From positions 31,097 to 95,096 of the forward strand of contig JAQGDQ010000794.1 in assembly GCA_030141605.1 (NCBI GenBank): a stretch of 64,000 bases of DNA, given 5' to 3'. The notes beneath the pieces are model-generated. The model did not search any database. It was not told the origin of the DNA and was given only the letters and a program-made list of their open reading frames with translations. Below are positions 55,101 through 64,000 of this stretch, piece after piece. Both the position numbers and the translations under genes were made by a program. Source of the DNA: Tubiluchus corallicola. Taxonomy: Eukaryota; Animalia; Priapulida. Within the stretch, counting starts at the first letter, position 1. Each line of letters starts with the position of its first letter.

Positions 55101-58100
55101 TGCCCACACTGTACCTCGACAGTAGGCGGAGGAGCTGCACAAGCAGCCAACGGCTAGAGGGCGGAGGAGGTCAAGTGACCCAACGGCCATGTGTAGAGGA
55201 ATAAACCTTCCAAATCAGGAGTGGAGCCCCGAAGGCGGACCAGTGCAGCATGCTCAATGACTCCGGCAGCTCCTGCAGCCAACCTGGTGCCAAACGTATC
55301 GCTCCGCTTTCCTTTGGACTACACCCGGGAGGAAGAGAGGAGGTTCCTGTTGTCTCGGCAACTCAGGATCTCCATACACCTAGCCCAGGTGTGTGCCGTG
55401 GACGGGCCACTCCTGTGGTTTAAGGATCAGATTGCTCAACCACAGTCGACGCTGCAGCTCCATCAATGTGATCAATAACTGACTCTCTTGGCGCACACTC
55501 CATTGTCTTCCGAGACAGAAGGATGCTAACAATACCACCAACAAAATGACATGTACAGAGTTACACTAACGGTACGTGTAACGCGCCATGTTACAGACGA
55601 CACAAATATTAGTTAACACATTTTGCTAAAGTATAGCGCAAAATATAACATTATAACATCCAAAATGATATTAATAAGCAGTAATAAAATTTTAGTTAAC
55701 TTAACTGTCACTTACGTAAATAACTTAAAATATCGCTTAAAAATTTTCCGCAGGTTAAAGTGTTGATATTGCAAAACTTGAAAACATTACTTAAATTTAG
55801 ACTGCGTTACTGCAGGGACACAGTCTTATTTCATGTGGGATTGGGGGTCTATGCCATCGCCTTGTCTCAACTTGCAGGGACACAGCCTTATTTCATGTGG
55901 GATTGGGGGTCTATGCCATCGTCTTGTTTCAACTTGCAGGGACACAGCCTTATTTCATGTGGGATTGGGGGTCTATGTCATCGCCTTGTCTCAACTTGCA
56001 GGGACACAGTCTTATGTCATGTGGGATTGGGGGTCTATGCCATCGTCTTGTCTCAACTTGCAGGGAAACAGTCTTATTTCATGTGGGATTGGGGGTCTAT
56101 GCCATCGTCTTGTCTCAACTTGCAGGGACACAGCCTTATTTCATGTGGGATTGGGGGTCTATGCCATCGTCTTGTCTCAACTTGCAGGGACACAGCCTTA
56201 TTTCATGTGGGATTGGGGGTCTATGCCATCGTCTTGTCTCAACTTGCAGGGACACAGCCTTATTTTATGTGGGATTGGGGTCTATGTCATCGCCTTGTCT
56301 CAACTTGCAGGGACACAGTCTTATTTCATGTGGGATTGGGGGTCTATGCCATCGTCTTGTCTCAACTTGCAGGGACACATTCTTATTTCATGTGGGATTG
56401 GGGGTCTATGCCATCGTCTTGTCTCAACTTGCAGGGACACAGCCTTATTTCATGTGGGATTGGGGGTCTATGCCATCGTCTTGTCTCAACTTGCTGGGAC
56501 ACAGCCTTATTTCATGTGGGATTGGGGGTATATGCCATCGTCTTGTCTCAACTTGCAGGGACACAGCCTTATTTTATGTGGGATTGGGGTCTATGTCATC
56601 GCCTTGTCTCAACTTGCAGGGACACAGCCTTATTTCATGTGGGATTGGGGGTCTATGCCATCGTCTTGTCTCAACTTGCAGGGACACAGCCTTATTTTAT
56701 GTGGGATTGGGGTCTATGTCATCGCCTTGTCTCAACTTGCAGGGACACAGCCTTATTTCATGTGGGATTGGGGGTCTATGCCATCGTCTTGTCTCAACTT
56801 GCAGGGACACAGCCTTATTTCATGTGGGATTGGGGGTCTATGCCATCGCCTTGTCTCAACTTGCAGGGACACAGTCTTATGTCATGTGGGATTGGGGGTC
56901 TATGCCATCGTCTTGTCTCAACTTGCAGGGACACAGCCTTATTTTATGTGGGATTGGGGGTCTATGCCATCGTCTTGTCTCAACTTGCAGGGACACAGTC
57001 TTATGTCATGTGGGATTGGGGGTCTATGCCATCGTCTTGTCTCAACTTGCAGGGACACAGCCTTATTTCATGTGGGATTGGGGGTATATGCCATCATCTT
57101 GTCTCAACTTTCAGTCTGTGAGAAGACAGAACAAAACGTCTGAAGTTAATTCCAAGGGCATCAGGAATGGTACATTTATAAATTTCATATTGTTCTGGGG
57201 AGGAACTTAACATTAAGTAAGTGGCGAATCTAGTCTTAGTCTGACTTTCTCTTCTAATGCATTCCAGGCTACTTCTTGAACAATGATCAAAATCCACGAT
57301 TAAAAATTCAAGGAATTACTTGACAAGTTCCCGAGCTATAGCAATTGGTTCCTCACGGCTCCATGAACGAAGCTTTTTGTTCATGTAGTCCGCTCTTCTC
57401 TTAAGAATTCTCTCTTTTAATCTTGGCATGTCAGCTTCAGCATAACATAATTCAATGGGTGTTTGTAATTTCACCCCAAGTAAAGCTTTCACAACGTTAT
57501 TGTACAAAACTTCTAAACTTTTAAATTCACTCGTTAACCATGTTTCAACTAATATAACAAGGTACTAGTTACGCAAGCCTCTGCAACTTTCTTTTTTAAC
57601 AAAAATGGCATGTTATAATTACGAGCGATAAAATACACGTATTTTAGCATATGTTTGAATTGTCTTTAAGGTGGATTTTCATAACAGAAGACATTTTACC
57701 GTCGTCTGTGATAGGAGACCCTAAATACCAATAAGATTGTGTATAATTAACCTGCAAATTGCACACCCAAAAACTAATTCTATCTTCATACCGAATTCGT
57801 CACAAAATTCTAACAGTAACTTAAATTACTACAGGATCAATACAGGATTCCCGAGACGTAGCAAGAATTGCTGTGTCGTCCATGAACAGTCACGTGTGCA
57901 AAGTGTAAAGAAAGTGATTTTTGCCCAAAAGAACTGATTTTTCTTACAAAAAAGTCTTCTTACGTAAAACGAACAGAGAACAACTCATTGGAACTCCTTG
58001 CTTGACTCGTGCAGAAGCATCTATTAACGCAGAATTGAACACTAACTTTGTACAACTATGCATTGCACGCATCACAAGCAAGAACTTCTGCCCACAACAT

Positions 58101-59164
58101 GCATTTTTTAATTGTTCTACTAACATTAACCTGGGCACTTTGTCATATGCTTGTTGGAAATCTACATACAGAATCCACATTTTCACTTTGCTCGCTTTTG
58201 TATAGAAGTCTAAGGGCTAATATTTGATCAATGGACCCCTGCCGGTCTGAACTTCGGTTTGTTAAGGACATGGCTTAAACCATAATTCAAATCTTTTTGC
58301 CAGGAATTGATTCAAACATTTTACATAGTGCATCCATTATAATAATTCCTCTATAGTTCTTACATATGTTACGTGACCCGTTCTTAAAGATAATTACCAG
58401 GATAATCTAGAGAAACAGCATTGTGTAGGCTAACAAGCATAATCAAAAATAATGTTAAATAATGTTACAATATAAGTTATTCATACGATTGGCAAAAATC
58501 TAAAAATTCCTAGGGGACATCTATGCCATCTAAACAAGTTGCTTTGTTTGGTTTATATCCATTTAAGGCATCAATACATTCATTAACAGAAATACTAGAG
58601 TCTAAAATAGGCATACAAGGTGCTCCAGCAACAGAAACGCTATTTGCAGGATCTAACAAATTTTCAAAATGATCTTTAAATTGATCCACCGATGGCTCTT
58701 TGCTGTCAGCTGAAGTACAAGTACAAGTGAGTATTTTTTCAATTTTTTAAATACTTGTAGAGAGGAAACTTGCAGCTTTTTGCTTTATTGACAACTCTGC
58801 ATATATAAATAAATATATTTATGAAAAAAATTTCCATAGCAACTTTCTTCTGCACTTATATACTTATTTGCCAAATCCACTTACTTTTTGCAACCATATT
58901 GAACTTTTTAAAAAGTCCATTCCGCTTGATTGCAGTCTCATCTTTAACTTTTCGATTTGTGCTGTATGCAACACGTTTCTCCTCGTCTACAACAGGTTCT
59001 TCTACGGCTACGTAGGAATCTCGCAAGGAGGGTCTACCGCTGAAACCAGCACGGATCACAGTTTGATACTTCCAAACTCCGATTGCTGTGAATGTGAAAC
59101 AACCGAATATGATCAAGAATCTATTTTTGGCTGTTTCGTGAAACGCTGTTGTCAGGTTTTTCAT
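46104..59164 (-). CDS. WSCD: WSC-domain-containing sulfotransferase (WSCD1/WSCD2-like; sialate O-sulfotransferase family), type II membrane protein, ~425 aa
   Basis: Six phase-compatible exons (59164-58885, 51423-51312, 48752-48598, 47828-47664, 47271-47068, 46465-46104) sum to 1278 nt. N-terminal TM ([17 protein letters not shown]); WSC (NFLGC...TAAECIRKC...YIAV...CLC); 5'-[18 protein letters not shown]; VKSH; 3'-[15 protein letters not shown]; VVYFEDL; EGIFKR. Confidence 0.92.
54975..55094 (+). rRNA. 5S rRNA-derived sequence (SINE head or pseudogene, not a normal rDNA unit)
   Basis: CTACGGCC...GTCTGATCACCGTAGTTAAGCAACGT...CCTGGTTAGTACTTGGATGGGTGACCGCC...AATACCAGGTGCTGTAGGCTT, 120 nt, with A box/IE/C box recognisable. 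No oligo-T terminator; single copy in the window. Confidence 0.9.
54978..55532 (+). mobile_element. 5S-derived SINE (SINE3-type) with an RTE-LINE-derived body and tail, 555 bp, 10-bp TSD
   Basis: TACCACCAAC at 54968-54977 and 55533-55542. The 3' part encodes [17 protein letters not shown] (RTE C-terminal zinc-finger remnant) and ends CCATTGTCTTCCGAGACAGAAGGATGCTAACAA. Confidence 0.8.
55811..57110 (+). repeat. 62-bp satellite (~21 copies, some 61 bp) in WSCD intron 1
   Basis: Unit TGCAGGGACACAGCCTTATTTCATGTGGGATTGGGGGTCTATGCCATCGTCTTGTCTCAACT. Confidence 0.95.
57200..58720 (-). mobile_element. Degenerate LINE reverse-transcriptase relic in WSCD intron 1
   Basis: Minus-strand fragments NYRGI (~58340), [28 protein letters not shown] (~57720) and [15 protein letters not shown], with many stops and frameshifts. 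Confidence 0.8.
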
Positions 59165-60534
59165 ACCTTAAAGATTAATGCACTATAAATGTGGATTCAC
59201 ATAGTATTACTTTTCGTTTCCTGTGATCATACTATTCGCACATGGCTATTGTAGCTACATTGTGGCTGCTGACTGAATATTTGAATGAAGTAGGTTTACG
59301 CTTTTCATACAAAAAAGTAGCTCACAGTCGCACAGTTAGCTTATCAATTTCACGTATTCGCTTATCTGTTCCATTTCCTTTTAGTTTCATTTCATTTTTT
59401 CACGCACTTATTTTATGCGCACTAATTCCGATGTATACCGACTTCGCAATTTTCTTGTTCAGGTTAACTCTTTGCCTGTATTTTACCTCTTTATTTAAAA
59501 CTGTCAGTAATTTGCTTCAGCTAGGTGTGACCCTCTGCAGTTCTTAACGAGTAAACAAAATTTCGCAACACCTTTGCGCACAGGTATAGCTCTAACGCAC
59601 GTCAAATTTCTGTACTTTGGCCATAATTTCTTAACACGTCATAACCATATACCACCAACGTGGTTTACAATTTGAAATTTAATGAGAATTTTAGGCGTGT
59701 CGAACTGTGTGCGTTTGTGTACAGTACAGCAGCGAGCTGATATTATGTAAGCAATAATATTGATCCAGTACCTAGACCTAGCAAGTTGGTTAACTCAGAT
59801 AAATCACATGCTCAAATACAATTTACATACATGGCAGGCAGTTAATGTTAAACTGGTATTGCTTGTAAAAGGTTCATTACAGGGTGTATTCTATGGGTGT
59901 ATGTCTAGATGCCTTATTGGAAACGTGCCATGTTCAGTACTAACATTTAAATGAAATTAAAGAGGTAAGGCAATTCTATCTGCTTAAATTTACACATTGC
60001 TTAGAATATCAACATTATACGTATTTATTATGCCTTTATGTCCATGATATTTATGTTCAAATTTAAACTTAATCTCAATAGTTTTACACACCTTATTCTG
60101 AAATTTTCGTCAAGATAATTGCACATATTACTAATAGCAACATTACTTACATGGTGGTTGACTTTGGTAACTTTTAGTTTTTCGCCACCCTTTCACCAAA
60201 CACTTGAACATCATTAACTCAGATAATTTACTCATTTAATAATCTTGTCACTTTGTATCATATTATCATTTCATGCTCCGTGTTTTTTATTGTAAAAAAG
60301 GTGATAAATAAAGATACTTACTTACTTATTTACTTTACTTGATTACATACGTCATGGCATATGTTTTGAAAAAAAGCTTTTAGCGAATAATTTCAGATGA
60401 AATTTAAAATGATCACTGAAATCTTCTTTTAACCGCGTTTTAAAAATTCCATTCGTGTAATTACTAAATTTATTTTATCAATTTCAATTTCACATTTCTA
60501 TTCCACACTAAAAACAATTAAGCGCAGGGAATAT

Positions 60535-60830
60535 TTAGCAGGATCGAATTTAAGCAACACTCGGGTTGTTTAGTAAATGAATGTGTAACTGCCCAGGTTC
60601 AATGCTCGCTTTAGGATCGAATTTAAGCAACACTCGGGTTGTTTAGTAAATGAATGTGTAACTGCCAGGTTCAATGCTTGCTTTAGGATCGAATTTAAGC
60701 AACACTCGGGTTGTTCAGTAAATGAATGCATAACTGCCAGGTTCAATGCTTGCTTGAGGATCGAATTTAAGCAACACTCGGGTTGTTTAGTAAATGAATG
60801 CATAACTGCCAGGTTCAATGCTTGCTTTAG
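60535..60830. repeat. 72-bp tandem repeat (4 copies)
   Basis: GGATCGAATTTAAGCAACACTCGGGTTG at 60541, 60614, 60686 and 60758. Confidence 0.95.
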
Positions 60831-61034
60831 GCGGTTCGTTGTGCAGTAATGAAGGATGTGTTTATATATGAACGTGCCTGAGCGACTTCTGCCTGATGAG
60901 TGTGTAATCTTAGAGCCTTAGCCTTGATAACGAACTAGGTTTCGGTTCTGCCTCAGATACGTGTATTAAGTATGTCTCTTGTGTCTTGTAGAATGTCGAA
61001 CTGTGTAAACACTAGATATTCTAATTTAGTTTAA

Positions 61035-61608
61035 AGCAAAATCGGACCCAATCTTAAACTGTAAGTTAAAACAATCTACTCTACAAAATACTGAATGGAA
61101 GCATACAATTTTTTCAATAGTGACTTGCGTGAAAGAATTATTACCACGCGAACACAATTTCGCGTTCAAGCCACTAGTTCTTCGCTAGTTAGACGTGTAC
61201 TACGGTCTGCATTTCGGAACGCTTTGCACAAGAAATAGGTGCTGTGCCTCTCAGTTCAAATGTGCTAGTTTGTGACGAACTACACACGTTCGGGTAGGGT
61301 GAGCACAGTGCTAAAATTTGAAATTTGAATTTTTATTTTAAAACATGCCTGGTTTTAGTACAACACACTGAATATCTTACAGTAGCACTGAACGTCAATT
61401 TTTGCTTTCATGAACACGTGCCCCACACCCACAGAATGCTTTTGCTGTTGAAATTATGTTCGTTTGTAATGTCATCAGCAGATTGGCTCTTCGCCGTTAA
61501 TAAGGTTTTTGATCTATAATCATCAGAAACGCTTTTGCAGTATTAATTATGACACTTTTTATCGTACTTGAAAATGGGGTAGTATATGAAAAATCATCCT
61601 GTCTTCCT
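61035..61608 (+). mobile_element. Kolobok-like MITE, copy 3
   Basis: TTAA|AGCAAAATCGG...CCTGTCTTCCT|TTAA: TTAA TSD, RR..YY termini, imperfect short TIRs. Confidence 0.8.
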
Positions 61609-61988
61609 TTAAAGACCTTACAGCTGAAAAGAAATTTTGCAAATTCATTGCTTTACCTATGAGCGAAAATACAAAATTGGTATCTAGTATTTTAGAATCT
61701 TCAAAAGAAATTGTTACATTTTCGTAAACTGATTAAAAACCTCGTACGATTCAAATGTTTACGCTTCTAGCATCGAAGAGGTTTCTGTTGTCTCTTCCTA
61801 GCTGATCAATCTTTCCTCATCCCATTCAGCTTCCCTGCTGCTGCTGCAATGATACTGCGTGGGTGGGTGTAGCTATTTCTGTCTCAGCACAGGAAGCGGG
61901 TAAATGAAGAAAGGCTGCCAGAGATGAAGCGCTACTAATCAACACTTATTATAAACACTAAACTTATTATTAGTGTTCATAGTGCAAA

Positions 61989-63044
61989 TGTTGAGTACAT
62001 GTTGAGTCATGCGTTGTTGTATAGAAAGAATGCTGCCTAGACTTAAACTGTAGTTACTAAATCCGGACCCTGTTGAGTACACGTTGAGTGATGTGCTGTT
62101 GTATAGAAAAAATGCTACCTAGACTTAAACCGTAGTTACTAAATCCAGACCCTGTTGAGTACACGTTGAGTCATGCACTGTTGTATGCGCTGTTGAAAGA
62201 ATGCTACCTAGACTTAAACTGTAGTTACTAAATCCGGACCCTGTTGAGTACACGTTGAGTGATGTGCTGTTGTATAGAAAAAATGCTACCTAGACTTAAA
62301 CCGTAGTTACTAAATCCAGACCCTGTTGAGTACACGTTGAGTCATGCACTGTTGTATGCGCTGTTGAAAGAATGCTACCTAGACTTAAACTGTAGTTACT
62401 AAATCCGGACCCTGTTGAGTACACGTTGAGTGATGCGTTGTTGTATAGCAAAAATGCTTCCTAGACTTAAACCGTAGTTACTAAATCCGGACCCTGTTGA
62501 GTACACGTTGAGTGATGCGCTGTTGTATAGAAAAAATCCTACCTAGACTTAAACTGTAGTTACTAAATCCAGACCCTGTTGAGTACACGTTGAGTGATGT
62601 GCTGTTGTATAGAAAAAATGCTACCTAGACTTAAACTGTAGTTACTAAATCCGGACCCTGTTGAGTACACGTTGAGTGATGTGCTGTTGTATAGAAAAAA
62701 TGCTACCTAGACTTAAACCGTAGTTACTAAATCCAGACCCTGTTGAGTACACGTTGAGTCATGCGCTGTTGTATAGAAAAAATCCTACCTAGACTTAAAC
62801 TGTAGTTACTAAATCCAGACCCTGTTGAGTACACGTTGAGTGATGTGCTGTTGTATAGAAAAAATGCTACCTAGACTTAAACTGTAGTTACTAAATCCAG
62901 ACCCTGTTGAGTACACGTTGAGTGATGCGATGTTGTATAGAAAAAATCCTACCTAGACTTAAACCGTAGTTACTAAATCCGGACCCTGTTGAGTAGACGT
63001 TGAGTCATGCGCTGTTGTATAGAAAAAATCCTACCTAGACTTAA
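61989..63044 (+). repeat. 82-bp satellite (~13 copies, including two 89-bp variants)
   Basis: Unit TGTTGAGTACACGTTGAGTGATGTGCTGTTGTATAGAAAAAATGCTACCTAGACTTAAACTGTAGTTACTAAATCCGGACCC. Confidence 0.95.
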
Positions 63045-63618
63045 AAGCAAAATTGGACCAAATCTTAAACTGCAGGTCAAAACAATCTGCTCTTTAAAAT
63101 ATCGAAAGGAAACTTGCTATTTTTTCAAAAATGACTTACGTGAAAGAATTATTACCACACAAAGACAATTTCACGTTCACGCCACTAGTTCTTCACATGC
63201 ATTTCGTTATTCGCTAGTTAGACAGGCACTAGTGCCTTTCAAAACGCATTGCACAAAAACAGGTGCTGTACCTCTCAGTTCAGATGTGTTAGTTTGTGAC
63301 ATACGTTCGCCAGTTGATGCGTGAGCACAGCAGTAAATTTGAAATTTGAATTTTTATTTTAAAACTTGCCTAGTTTTAGTACATCACACTGAATATCTTA
63401 CAGTAGCACTGTACTTCAATTTTCGCTTTCGCAAACACGTGCAACACGCTCGTGGAATATTTTTGGGCTATTGAAAATTATTTTCGTTTGTGATGTTTAA
63501 GTTTTTAATCTATTACTTAATTATCAGAAACGCTTTTGCTGTATTAACTGTGTTAAGATGTACACTTTTTGACATTCTTGAAAATGAGGTAGTATATAAA
63601 AAATCAGCTTGTCTTTAT
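63045..63618 (+). mobile_element. Kolobok-like MITE, copy 4
   Basis: Homologous to 61035-61608; TTAA on both sides. Confidence 0.75.
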
Positions 63619-63741
63619 TTAAAGCTGTGATTCCTAACCTTGGGGGTAAAAAGCAGCTAAAACAGGGGTACGAGAAAGTTCATTTATAATAACGATGTTT
63701 AATTTATTATGTAAAATAGACGTTTGACACAGCAAATGTGC

Positions 63742-63890
63742 TGGCGGCTGGCGGTGAGCGAGGTTGGCGGTTTTTGGCGACTGGCGGTAGGTGAGGTTGG
63801 CGGCTGGCGGTGGGCGAGGTTGGCGGTTTTTGGCGGCTGACGGTGGGCGAGGTGGGCGGTGGGCGAGGTTGGCGGTGGGCGAGGTTAGCG
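63742..63890 (+). repeat. GC-rich degenerate repeat (GGCGGTGGGCGAGGTT / GGCGGCT)
   Basis: Read directly. Confidence 0.85.
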
Positions 63891-64000
63891 GTTCTTCGGA
63901 AAAGCCCGCATGAACGAGGCGACCCATTGAGGTTACTTCATTTCAGTGATAGGAAGACTCTTTTGTCATTTTCTGGACATGTGGTAACCCAACGTGACCA

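Overview
AT-rich eukaryotic genomic DNA, animal and probably invertebrate; the species cannot be determined from the window. It holds two intron-containing host genes in convergent orientation. (1) On the + strand is a modular extracellular-protein gene with three C-type-lectin-like domains (~5.1-12.8 kb) followed by 17 calcium-binding EGF exons in a ~1.26-kb exon+intron tandem array (16.6-26.7 kb). The array's introns carry dead 'ghost' EGF exons, its first EGF exon is frameshifted, and the gene's 5' and 3' ends are unresolved. (2) On the - strand is a six-coding-exon WSC-domain sulfotransferase gene (WSCD1/2-like, 59164->46104, ~425 aa by my manual splicing). The rest is mobile and repetitive DNA: a decayed intron-containing DUF6729-like transposase, a Gypsy fragment abutting a 5'-truncated APE-RT LINE, a long-TIR foldback element, a second LINE relic, four TTAA-associated Kolobok-like MITE copies and many minisatellites. 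The most striking item is a 555-bp TSD-flanked element in WSCD intron 1: a 5S rRNA head, then an HDV-ribozyme-like fold, then a bipartite RTE-LINE body and tail. All assignments were made by eye, without database searches.
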